The notes beneath the pieces are model-generated. The model did no database searches. It was not told where the DNA came from and worked only from the letters and a program-made list of their open reading frames with translations. A stretch of 63,054 nt of DNA, the filler included, from Nemertoderma westbladi (lineage: Eukaryota; Animalia; Xenacoelomorpha), in the NCBI GenBank assembly GCA_032718475.1. It is 3 parts of 3 records of this genome, joined end to end, with 100 filler letters (N's around TTAATTAATTAA, not from the genome) between each part and the next. Parts side by side here need not be neighbours in the genome. Positions count along the whole stretch, not along the records: positions 29,494 to 56,610 come from JAUCBJ010000164.1; positions 56,711 to 63,054 come from JAUCBJ010005683.1; 1 more part is not named here. The stretch is one strand, 5' to 3'. Within the stretch, counting starts at the first letter, position 1, and every line of letters begins with the position of its first letter. The translations under genes and the position numbers were made by a program. Below, piece after piece: positions 51,783-63,054 of this stretch.

Positions 51783-53676
51783 ACGACATGGTATGTTACC
51801 GTTACGAGTGCCACACGACATGGCATGTTACCGTTACGAGTGCCACACGACATGGTATGTTACCGTTACGAGTGCCACACGACATGGTATGTTACCCTTA
51901 CGAGTGCCACACGACATGGTATGTTACCGTTACGAGTGCCACACGACATGGTATGTTTCCGTTAGGAGTGCCACACGACATGGTATGTTACCGTTACGAG
52001 TGCCACACAACATGGTATGTTACCGTTACGAGTGCCACACGACATGGTATGTTTCCGTTAGGAGTGCCACACGACATGGTATGTTACCGTTACAAGTGCC
52101 ACACGACATGGTATGTTTCCGTTAGGAGTGCCACACGACATGGTATGTACCGTTACGAGTGCCACACGACATGGTATGTTACCGTTACGAGTACCACACG
52201 ACATGGTATGTTACCGTTACGAGTGCCACACGACATGGTATGTTACCGTTACGAGTGCCACACGACATGGTATGTTACCGTTACGAGTGCCACACGACAT
52301 GGTATGTTTCCGTTACGAGTGCCACACGACATGGTATGTTACCGTTACGAGTGCCACACGACATGGTATGTTACCGTTACGAGTGCCACACGACATGGTA
52401 TGTTTCCGTTACGAGTGCCACACGACATGGTATGTTACCGTTACGAGTGCCACACGACATGGTATGTTACCGTTACGAGTGCCACACGACATGGTATGTT
52501 TCCGTTAGGAGTGCCACACGACATGGTATGTTACCGTTACGAGTGCCACACGACATGGTATGTTTCCGTTACGAGTGCCACACGACATGGTATGTTTCCG
52601 TTACGAGTGCCACACGACATGGTATGTTACCGTTACGAGTGCCACACGACATGGTATGTTACCGTTACGAGTGCCACACGACATGGTATGTTACCGTTAC
52701 GAGTGCCACACGACATGGTATGTTACCGTTACGAGTGCCACACGACATGGTATGTTACCGTTACGAGTGCCACACGACATGGTATGTTTCCGTTAGGAGT
52801 GCCACACGACATGGTATGTTACCGTTACAAGTGCCACACGACATGGTATGTTTCCGTTAGGAGTGCCACACGACATGGTATGTACCGTTACGAGTGCCAC
52901 ACGACATGGTATGTTACCGTTACGAGTACCACACGACATGGTATGTTACCGTTACGAGTGCCACACGACATGGTATGTTACCGTTACGAGTGCCACACGA
53001 CATGGTATGTTACCGTTACGAGTGCCACACGACATGGTATGTTTCCGTTACGAGTGCCACACGACATGGTATGTTACCGTTACGAGTGCCACACGACATG
53101 GTATGTTACCGTTACGAGTGCCACACGACATGGTATGTTTCCGTTAGGAGTGCCACACGACATGGTATGTTACCGTTACGAGTGCCACACGACATGGTAT
53201 GTTACCGTTACGAGTGCCACACGACATGGTATGTTACCGTTACGAGTGCCACACGACATGGTATGTTACCGTTACGAGTGCCACACGACATGGTATGTTT
53301 CCGTTACGAGTGCCACACGACATGGTATGTTTCCGTTACGAGTGCCACACGACATGGTATGTTTCCGTTACGAGTGCCACACGACATGGTATGTTACCGT
53401 TACGAGTGCCACACGACATGGTATGTTACCGTTACGAGTGCCACACGACATGGTATGTTTCCGTTACGAGTGCCACACGACATGGTATGTTTCCGTTACG
53501 AGTGCCACACGACATGGTATGTTACCGTTACGAGTGCCACACGACATGGTATGTTACCGTTACGAGTGCCACACGACATGGTATGTTACCGTTACGAGTG
53601 CCACACGACATGGTATGTTTCCGTTAGGAGTGCCACACGACATGGTATGTTACCGTTACGAGTGCCACACAACATG
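51783..53676. repeat. 32-bp satellite GACATGGTATGTTACCGTTACGAGTGCCACAC, ~59 copies
   Basis: Period 32, with variant units recurring at a 735-bp offset. Confidence 0.97.
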
Positions 53677-55635
53677 ATTATATTTGACATTCGCTTACGG
53701 TATATTAATTGGAAGACTTGGCCTCATATCAGGCCGGATATTAGATTGATAAATGTTCTTGTATGGATGGATATAATTAATTAAATTGGGATTAAAATAA
53801 GCCTTATATTAATTATTTATTAATTAAAAATTTTCGGTGATTCAAAAAATTTTTTTGTACTTTTTCGCAAAAAAAAAAGGAAATACAATATTATTTTTTC
53901 GCCCTCCAGCCAATTTGAATATTTGAACTAATTTTGATAATAACACAAAATATCCGGCCTCATCGGATATCCGATGACACCTGATTAACACAACTAATTA
54001 TAATATCTTTAGTTCGATAGTTAGTTATACGCCTTTTTTGTGTTGATAAAGGCGACCTCCCAAAGTATTAGGAATTGTTAGATTAATTAACGTAAATCCG
54101 TTATATGTAATTACTAATAATGTAATTAATTGGGATTTAGGTATATCTAATAATTATTATTATTTGTTTATAATTTATCTGACGGTGTGATTCAATCTCT
54201 CTAGGACTCTAGATCGATAAAACATTAAACTACAAATAACCGTATAGCGCGGTTTAATGTGAAATCTATTACTTTATAGCCTTTGGGTTGTAATGTGGTA
54301 ACAACTCACTTACCACTGTCTTGTCTTTGTTAATAATTTGTGAATAGTAATTAATTAATCTAACCTACTTTTACTAACTATCTCTATAATTATAGAAGCA
54401 TGCGAATAAAGTTTCAACCGGTGGTACGCGGTTTGCTAAATGTATAATAATTACCGTAATTATGTTCGCATGCACACCCGATTTAATTACATATATTATT
54501 CTTAAATTAGTTATGATTTTGTATATTTTAGAATTGTGCTCATTGTTGGTAGAATATATATTGGTGCTTATTTTGGCAGTTTTATTCTTTTTTTCCTAAA
54601 CATAATGTATATCGGTACGTAATATGGTTAGTTGATATCGCGCTTTTTTGTATAGCTAGCAATGTTCATTTATATTCATTTATTTACTTACTGCGTTAAA
54701 TATAGCTCTGAAAAATATATATTTTTTCTTATTCATTATACATCGTGGGCTCTGTTCTGTAGTGACAGACAGATAATGGAAGGGGTTACATAAAATAACC
54801 AGTAATTTAGTTCAGATAGGGGGGGGGGGGGGGGGGGGGGGGGGGACTGGACGCAATAAAAATCCATCCCTCTCCATAGGGGAAATTCGACGTAAATAAC
54901 CGATGATTACTCTCAAAAATAAAACTATAACCTGTTCTATTGTATTTAGTTTATTGTTTTGGTTAAAATTAACGTGTCACTGTAACCTGCTCCTTTCCCT
55001 AAATTGAGAATTTAACATTGAGGCGGGATATTAATTCGCCAAGATGGGATTTGCGTCCAGTTTCCTCCTGTCTCATTTAGTTATATGTTGTGTTTGTCAT
55101 AAGGGCAAACCCTCCAACTATACCGCTACCACAGTTTTAGGTGATCACCGAATTACACCAAATGATCACAAAGTGCAAACACCAAGTATTGTGTTTAGTG
55201 GGAATAAAAACATAATTTAATTTAAAACATTAAGGGAATTGAACATGTTACTGTGGCGATTATTTCTAACCAAGACAATAAACAACCACTTTAATTAATA
55301 TATGTGACTAACTTTAGCTGAGATCACTTTTTTAACTTGCGGCCAATGTGCGCCAATAACTAGTCAACTATGAAGTTCCCACGAGATAACAATATTTACT
55401 TCCACATTAGAGTATATGCTGGAAGTCAATTAAAGTGTATCAATGTATGTACAACTAGATACAGTAGATTATCTATAAGGCCTGAAGGCCAGTCGTATGA
55501 TTATATAACTAGCTGGTTGAAGTAAAATCCAAGTCACTCAAATCTTTTTAAATCGTAGTAAGATATTTATTTAATAATTCCACAACGGATTAATTTATTT
55601 AAAAAGACTCATAAATGTGGTACAAAGACTACAGT

Positions 55636-55739
55636 TAGGCGTTGTGTTGATTAGAGATAGGCGTTGTGTTGATTAGAGATAGACGTTGTGTTGATTAGAG
55701 ATAGGCGTTGTGTTGATTAGAGATAGGCGTTGTGTTGAT
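55636..55739. repeat. 22-bp tandem repeat, ~5 copies (ataggcgttgtgttgattagag)
   Basis: Direct reading. Confidence 0.9.
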
Positions 55740-55845
55740 AGCTTTGCGAAAATTCTGTCTGAAAATTGTGTTTGAATCATGAACAATAAGTGGGGGACCA
55801 AGCCTCAATACCAAAAATATTATAAATGTAATTATTATTGCCAAT

Positions 55846-56600
55846 ATAGTTTCACTTCCCGACCACTTACTGGGTGAGCCAGAATTTTTATTTTATTTTT
55901 GCTTTCAATCTTTAGCTACAAGCGTTTAAAAAAGTCTCTCCGGCGATATTACACCAATCCCACCGCAGTTATTCATCTACCTTATAATTGTTTGTTGGTA
56001 CCAATGGAAAGCTGGCCCTGCAAGGATTCCAAATATGTTATACTATCTGAATTTCGTTGAAAAATAACTGAGATATGGGCGTTCCAAAGTTGCATTGTTT
56101 TGCATCTGCGCGAGGCTATTTTATTCTATTTAATAAATGCATCATAATTCTGGAACATTTGATTTATCCAAAAACGTAGCTGGTGCTGGGCAACAATGCA
56201 TTACATCTTTAATTACGTAGCTATTCATACATTAACAAAATATTCCAGAATATGGTCTATTTATTAAATAGAATAAAATAGCCTAGCGCAGGTGCTAAAC
56301 CATGCAACATTTGAACGCTCATATCTCAGCTATTTTTCAACGAATTAAAATTGTGTTACAAATTAAATTTGGTATCCTAGTATGGCCAGCTTTCTAACAG
56401 TACAGTACCAACAAACAACTATAAGGTAGTTTTGAAGAATAACTGCGGCGGGACTGGTGCTATATCGCCGGAGACACTTTTTTAAACGCTTGTAGCTAAA
56501 GATTGAAAGCAAAAATAAAAATTTCTGGCTCATCCAGTCAGTGGTCGGGAAGTGAAACTATTTATGTATCAAATTTCATGCAATCTCATTAAGATTTGTA
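55846..56600. mobile_element. Internally palindromic non-autonomous element, copy 2
   Basis: atagtttcacttcccgaccact...ccagaa is mirrored by tctggctca...agtggtcgggaagtgaaactat; homologous to 11292-11997. Confidence 0.8.
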
Positions 56601-56610
56601 GACAAATTAG

Positions 56611-56710
56611 NNNNNNNNNNNNNNNNNNNNNNNNNNNNNNNNNNNNNNNNNNNNTTAATTAATTAANNNNNNNNNNNNNNNNNNNNNNNNNNNNNNNNNN
56701 NNNNNNNNNN
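56611..56710. other. Assembly gap with artificial spacer
   Basis: N-run / TTAATTAATTAA / N-run. Confidence 0.97.
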
Positions 56711-56858
56711 ATATAGGGTCGAGACAGTTAATAAAGGGTCGAAATGGGCGGTCCAGTTCAAATCTATTATTTTAGCATAAAGTAAAGTTCCATAATTAGC
56801 ATAATTTATCACTATTCAGCAATTCAATCTGCTAAATAACCTTCCTTTCTTATATTAG

Positions 56859-57078
56859 GGTCAGTTCCGAAACGACCTATTTAACGGACAAGGAAGTTTC
56901 TCGGACGGGAACGGAGCCATTTATTCTGGTATGTTCGTTAACGGACGACCTTTGAATCAACCGCATCGATTGGCTGTAGCTACGCAACCGGATTGTAATG
57001 ACGTCATTATCTCTCCGGGCGATCCCGTCTCCGTCTCTATAGAGTTGTTGACTGAAGATGATATCCTAGTTACCGAAG
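56859..57078 (+). CDS. MORN1: MORN repeat-containing protein 1-like, internal exon (last MORN repeats)
   Basis: AG|GGT...GAAG|GTAATT. Translates GQFRNDLFNGQGSFSDGNGAIYSGMFVNGRPLNQPHRLAV...PGDPVSVSIELLTEDDILVTE, which resembles MORN1 as I recall it. Confidence 0.8.
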
Positions 57079-57229
57079 GTAATTTACTCTTAGTTGTTTT
57101 TACTTAAGGATAGTACCGGTTCTAATTATTCGAAGTTATACTTATTTCTGTTTTTTGGCCACCGTATTTAATTGAAATATTTACACGGACTACCAAAGAT
57201 TCGAATTGTTACATTAAAAATAAAAATAA

Positions 57230-57820
57230 TTTGTTACCATCAATGATGCCGACGACAGAAGGCAATCATCCCAGGCATGGAAATCGATCAACTTGCTTAC
57301 TGGGCGGAAAAGCCAACCAACCACCAAGGTTAAGGTTGAATCACCAGCCGATCGCCTCAATGGTTGGAAAGCCCACTTTGAAAAGCTCCTCAATAATGAC
57401 AGGGTATTGCCTGATAACTTTATAGAAGTAAAAGTGTCTGAGTCTGTACTCCCTGATATTCCCATTTGCGATATCTCCTTTGCAGAAGTGAAGGCTGCTG
57501 CAAAGAGCATTAAGACCAATCGTGCCAGTGGAGTAGATGGTGTTCCCCCTGAGGTCTTTAAAATACCTGAGTGTTTAAAGCTCATCTATCCCATCATAGT
57601 AGACATGTACCGTACAACAAGAGTCCCACAAGAAATGAAGACAAATAAGTTGGTGCCAGTTCCCAAGAAGGGCAACCTAACACTCTATGGTTCTTTTCGG
57701 GGAATCTCATTGATCTCGATTGCTGCAAAGCTATACAATAGGATTCTATTAAATCGCATCAGGGATCCCATTGAGAGACTGCTCCGTGGAAATCAGAATG
57801 GGTTCCGTAAAGGTCGTAAA
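57230..57820 (+). mobile_element. RTE LINE internal fragment (intronic)
   Basis: AWKSINLLTGRKS, RASGVDGVPPE, VPKKGNL, FRGISL and NQNGFRKGR motifs. Confidence 0.9.
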
Positions 57821-58739
57821 GGTTTGATTTTCGGTTTAAAATTTTTTAAGATTTTTTTTTCTCCAATTTATATAATGTAATATAATCCTCAATAATAGAA
57901 TCTTCACTTTAGATAAATATAATAATTGTCCCAATTTAATAGTTCGTTATTCGTTATTTCCTATAATTTAGCTTTAGGCCTATATTATTTGGACGGTATT
58001 ATTTATCGCGCTTTTTTGGCCTGAAGATGACAGGTGTATTCTTTTGAAACGTTGTCTACCGGTTTATTATTTTATGTGTTTTGCAATAACAACTGCAATA
58101 TTAATATGAAATCGTTATATTTATCGCTGGTTTTCATTGACTTTATTTATTTTCGGTTCCCGAAATCCAAATGTATTTTTTTCTAAATGTTATATAATGT
58201 TTATGTTTCCTTTTTACAATCAAATGTTCCTTTCGTCTCACTTCTTAAATTTGTTTCTAGATTCGTTTTCTTTATTCGTTTTTTGTTACTTTCTAAAAAT
58301 TGGGTTCATTGCCTAGATACCAGTTGTATTGAATGCAATACTATTCCTGTATTGAAGGAATTAGTATTATTATTATTTCTTAATCTCATGCATATGAGTT
58401 AAGTTGTGCACAGCACAGAATAAGTAAGTATGAATTAAGTTGAACACAGCACAGACACACATTTTTTGACATTTTCAACAATTATGTCACCAGTCCTCAA
58501 ACTTCTACTGAAGGACACTGATCCTGTCTGATAATGCAGATTTTTATTTTCTATCTGTCCAACACAAACACCTACGCATTGCATTGTATAAACTACCCTT
58601 ACTGCCCTTACACAGCCAGTCACACACAGTGAAAAGTCAAAGGCAAAGCCTACAGTCAAAAGACACAATGCATTATCGTGTATGTCACAGTATTCAATAA
58701 CGCTTATCCCTTGATAATAATATCACATCTAATTCCAGA

Positions 58740-58957
58740 CAGTTTGTATTTCCAAGGGAAACACAATGTATCTACAAAATTGCGCCGCCACAACTCCCTT
58801 TCACCCATGACATTTGCTAGATCATCCGCATCTTTAAGGCCAGTGTCCTTTAAGATGCGTCTCAAGAAAGTCATGGGCTGTCCACCATGCTTATTCACTC
58901 CATGAGGCTGCCAAAGTACAAGATTATGCACTGGCTGGTCCTCACGGCGAAAGCATT
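58740..58957 (-). mobile_element. RTE LINE 3' fragment (intronic)
   Basis: CFRREDQPVHNLVLWQPHG..KHGGQPMTF...DTGL...MGERELWR, the RTE C-terminal pattern. Confidence 0.8.
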
Positions 58958-59756
58958 GTAAACTAATTTAAAAAATTAAATCAGAATAAATCAATTATAT
59001 TTTATTATTATATTTTATTTATTCCATCCATTTAATAAACGATTAATTTTAGTGTTAAAAAAATTAATTGCGTTTCTTTAACTACTTTAATTTTTTTTAG
59101 AGCTGCACATTAATTTTAGAACTTAATTTTTGTAAGAAAACATTACGTACGATAAATGTGTTGGTTTATTAGAGATGTATATTTGATTTGTTACTGAGTT
59201 GTGTCTCAGTATCATATTGAATGACAACTTTATTTCTGTTTATTTAATAAAAGTACATCATATTCTAGAACATTTTGTATATCCCATGCAGCTGGGCAAC
59301 AATGCAATACCGCTTTAATCATATTATTACTTAGCTATTCATGAGTAAACCTCATGTTTAAGAATATGGTATATTTATATTTAATAGAATAAAACAGCCT
59401 TACAAAACCATGCAACTTTTGACAAAATCCAAATTGTGTAACATTTTTGGAATCGTTGCAGAGCCGGCTTTCCAACAGTACCAACAAATCATTATATGGT
59501 TGGAGAATAACTGCGGTGTAACTGGTGCAGTATCGCAGGAGACACGACATAACTGCGGTGTAACTGGTGCAGTATCGCAGGAGACACGACATAACTGAAT
59601 AACGACACTATATGCCAGGATATGTTGAAGTTACACTCTTGGAGTCTACCAAATTCTTCTACAAATTTTAATGAGTTCTCACAAGAAACGGATTTTCCGG
59701 ATTTTCACAATACATTATAATATTCCATATTAAATAATCCATTTTATGTTATTTAG

Positions 59757-59877
59757 TGAGTATCTTGAAGGTGAGTGCCACCGCCTGGTTCAAGCATTAC
59801 GCCCCTACCGAGAATGACGTCACACTAATTGGAACGATTCTAGATCAGGAATCAGACAAACCCATCATGTCCCATCT
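59757..59877 (+). CDS. MORN1: MORN1-like internal exon
   Basis: Phase-1 acceptor tttAG matches the previous exon. Translates (V)SILKVSATAWFKHYAPTENDVTLIGTILDQESDKPIMSH(L); donor GTGAGT, phase 2. Confidence 0.7.
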
Positions 59878-60428
59878 GTGAGTATTGTTTGTTATGTTGT
59901 TATTATTTTTGTTGTTGTTGTTGTTGACCATGCCTTGCCCTTGATGGGCAAAAAAACAACCTGTAGGCCCCCTATTCTTGCCTCCATTGGGCCCCCTATA
60001 TAACAGATATAAAAATTATATATTTAAAAAGAACTGCTCGAATTTTATTATTGCGCGCACAACCAACTAGCTTTCATTTGATATCAAGAAATAACTTAAA
60101 TTGGTTGAAAAATGGCGTAAGAGTAGTGATTTAAAAATTAAAAATTCCATTCATAGATAATTGCTTTTAAAGTTTGAACTTTCCGCGCTCAAACTTTCTG
60201 TTAGTATGTTAGTGTGTCTGTCAATATATATCTAGCAACAATAAAGAACAAAACCATGCTAAGATTATTGCTGTGGGGTTTTCCTGGTCGCAGACCAGTT
60301 TTAACATTTGATGATTTTCATATTTTCCGTTTGGCTGTCAGGCTGTCGGTTATATTTTTACCGTTTTATATTTTCATGATATCTTTCCCCTATATTTTAG
60401 TAAATATTTATTTCTCCTCACTAACCAG

Positions 60429-60651
60429 CGGATACAACGTAGTTTCCTTTCCTCTTACCTACAAATCAATATTCCTCCAAACGAATTCCAACGATGCGGT
60501 CAACGTTGGCCAATCAGAAGCCGCCGCCGTCGAAGCAAATGACCAATCCCTGGCCGGTTCGCAAACAATAATAGAGAAGCAGGCTGATTCGTCGTCCAAT
60601 AATAAGTTAGAACCTGTTACTGGGGTTACTGGTGATGTTTCAGAGTTGCAG
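60429..60651 (+). CDS. MORN1: MORN1-like internal exon (alternative in-frame donor at 60669)
   Basis: Phase-2 acceptor ctaaccAG gives (L)GYNVVSFPLTYKSIFLQ...VSELQ; donor CAG|GTGGGT. Confidence 0.7.
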
Positions 60652-61599
60652 GTGGGTCTAGCCATGCAGGTGGGCGGGACATAAACCAGAGAGGTATAAT
60701 AAGGTTTCATCTCCTGAATATATGATTGAGTAGATATAAGTAGATAGTTAACTTACTAAAACAATGTCGTTCTAGTAGTATATACAATTATCGGATTTCG
60801 TTTCAGTGTATTTGAAGTTTTGGAAAGACGCATTACATTGATTATATAGGCACACCGTTAGTGGTCGGGTCGGATGTTGTTATATTTTAATATCTCTAGT
60901 AATTATTTTGTTAGTTTTCTATTCGAATTTTGCATTATTAATTGTTGTGTTTACTACATCGGGTGTGGAGACTAATAGTGTCCAAACGGGATCCCGCGAA
61001 TAATGTAATACCAGTCCCGACGTTTTTGTACCCGGATCAACACCGGTATCGTGAAGTATTTGTGATGGCATTGCATATCGAATTAATGTCGGTAATCAAT
61101 CCAGCAATCAACAATAAATTAATTTTAATATTATTTTATCTAATATCTCAATACAGTGTATGAAATATAGTGATATAAAGTCGCCAAAATCCATCACACT
61201 TACACAGCCACATTACACTGAAAACCTATCCCAAAAATAGAAATCCCGGCCTGGAAATCCCGAAAATTCCAATTTCTCACGTTTAAACGCTGTTAATTAC
61301 TTTGAATCCCGATACCTTCGGTACACTGTTTGTTAGTACCGGCGTACCGGTAGGCTTCCGGTGCAGGACAGTAGTGGTACAGAGGAACTTTATGTTTTAA
61401 CGATTATGTATGAAGTACATATACCGGTACGAGTAAACCACCGTCTGTCGCTAACTAATTTAATTTTTTAATTATAATTATTATATCCGCCATGTCTTAT
61501 AATCGAACACTAGAAAATGTCACTGCGAAGCTAATTATAATTCGAGCAAAAATTCTAACATCTGTTAGATCATAATGACGATGTTATCTTTATATATAG

Positions 61600-61831
61600 A
61601 TCGATGCGCCATCAGGCGGTAACTTAGAGGACTCCAACTTCCCAACTGAGATTTCTTCTTTGCCGCTAGTTAGTTCAACTATTGAGGAGGGCAGATCAGA
61701 GTTTGTAGATTTACTGTTGCCTGCGCCACCTAGTGGTTACTTACCGTATACATTAATGAGTATTGCCTCTCTACGAGATGTTGAACAATCTGCAACCGCT
61801 GTATCATCAAAGAAGAAAAAAAGTAAAGCAA
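61600..61831 (+). CDS. MORN1: MORN1-like internal exon
   Basis: Phase-0 acceptor tatAG. Translates IDAPSGG...TIEEGRSEFVDLLLPAPPSGYLPY...KKKKSKA; donor GTGAGT. Confidence 0.65.
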
Positions 61832-61980
61832 GTGAGTTAAGTGTCCACAAGGGGGCGTTGCTAACTCTAAAAATGTTGTCTGTTTAATAATATAGAGATG
61901 ATTTTGTTACATCTTTATTGTAAACCGGTAGAATAAATAATAATTATTATATTTGTTATATAGTTGTGTAAAAAGTAGCA

Positions 61981-63050
61981 TTTTACATTACAGTGTGGTG
62001 TTCCGGGAACACTTTACATTACAGTGTGGTGTTCCGAGAACACTTTACATTACAGTGTGGTGTTCCGAGAACACTTTACATTACAGTGTGGTGTTCCGAG
62101 AACACTTTACATTACAGTGTGGTGTTCCGAGAACACTTTACATTACAGTGTGGTGTTCCGGGAACACTTTACATTACAGTGTGGTGTTCCGAGAACACTT
62201 TACATTACAGTGTGGTGTTCCGAGAACACTTTACATTACAGTGTGGTGTTCCGAGAACACTTTACATTACAGTGTGGTGTTCCGAGAACATTTTACATTA
62301 CAGTGTGGTGTTCCGAGAACACTTTACATTACAGTGTGGTGTTCCGAGAACACTTTACATTACAGTGTGGTGTTCCGAGAACACTTTACATTACAGTGTG
62401 GTGTTCCGAGAACACTTTACATTACAGTGTGGTGTTCCGAGAACACTTTTCATTACAGTGTGGTGTTCCGAGAACACTTTACATTACAGTGTGGTGTTCC
62501 GAGAACACTTTACATTACAGTGTGGTGTTCCGAGAACACTTTACATTACAGTGTGGTGTTCCGAGAACACTTTACATTACAGTGTGGTGTTCCGAGAACA
62601 CTTTACATTACAGTGTGGTGTTCCGAGAACACTTTACATTACAGTGTGGTGTTCCGAGAACACTTTACATTACAGTGTGGTGTTCCGAGAACACTTTACA
62701 TTACAGTGTGGTGTTCCGAGAACACTTTACATTACAGTGTGGTGTTCCGAGAACACTTTTCATTACAGTGTGGTGTTCCGAGAACACTTTACATTACAGT
62801 GTGGTGTTCCGAGAACACTTTACATTACAGTGTGGTGTTCCGAGAACACTTTACATTACAGTGTGGTGTTCCGAGAACACTTTACATTACAGTGTGGTGT
62901 TCCGAGAACACTTTACATTAGTGTGGTGTTCCGAGAACACTTTACATTACAGTGTGGTGTTCCGAGAACATTTTACATTACAGTGTGGTGTTCCGAGAAC
63001 ACTTTACATTACAGTGTGGTGTTCCGAGAACACTTTACATTACAGTGTTG
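61981..63050. repeat. 31-bp satellite TTACATTACAGTGTGGTGTTCCGAGAACACT, ~34 copies (intronic)
   Basis: Period 31; each unit has a GTGTTC-CGA-GAACAC hairpin. Confidence 0.97.
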
Positions 63051-63054
63051 TGCG

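Noticed and set aside
51783-53676. CRISPR array, or a 629-aa Cys/His-rich protein
   Set aside because: Units are head-to-tail with no unique spacers, there are no cas genes and the context is eukaryotic. The ORFs arise only because the 32-mer lacks stops.
54818-54845. Poly-G/C tracts (also near 4181, 11279, 14788, 42366, 42571) as functional G-quadruplexes
   Set aside because: Simple homopolymer expansions, mostly within repeats, with no independent support for function.
61953-62921. 322-aa ORF or CRISPR-like palindromic repeats
   Set aside because: Pure 31-bp tandem repeat without spacers, inside a probable intron.

Overview
AT-rich, repeat-dense animal (invertebrate-like) nuclear DNA with spliceosomal introns and two artificial scaffold gaps; it is not prokaryotic. 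The host genes are a two-exon headcase (47574-49980) and four internal exons of a MORN1-like gene (56859-61831) that the ORF track misses. The left 30 kb carries apparently intronless minus-strand genes: a C2H2-finger/acidic-repeat gene with one frameshift, bracketed by inverted hexamer arrays; two near-identical 569-aa BC-box + LRR genes in a duplicated block; and a Pelle/IRAK-like death-domain ORF cut by a gap. The centre holds a 10.6-kb BEL/Pao LTR element (30204-40840). It has nearly identical 1.26-kb LTRs, a 5-bp TSD and an intact Gag-protease ORF, but no RT or integrase, and it is inserted antiparallel into a related solo LTR. The window also contains RTE and L2/CR1 LINE relics, Sola-, hAT-, Harbinger- and Helentron-like non-autonomous elements, a palindrome carrying two Penelope-type minimal hammerhead motifs, and 22-, 31-, 32-, 37- and 68-bp tandem arrays. 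All family assignments come from motif recognition by eye, not from database searches.
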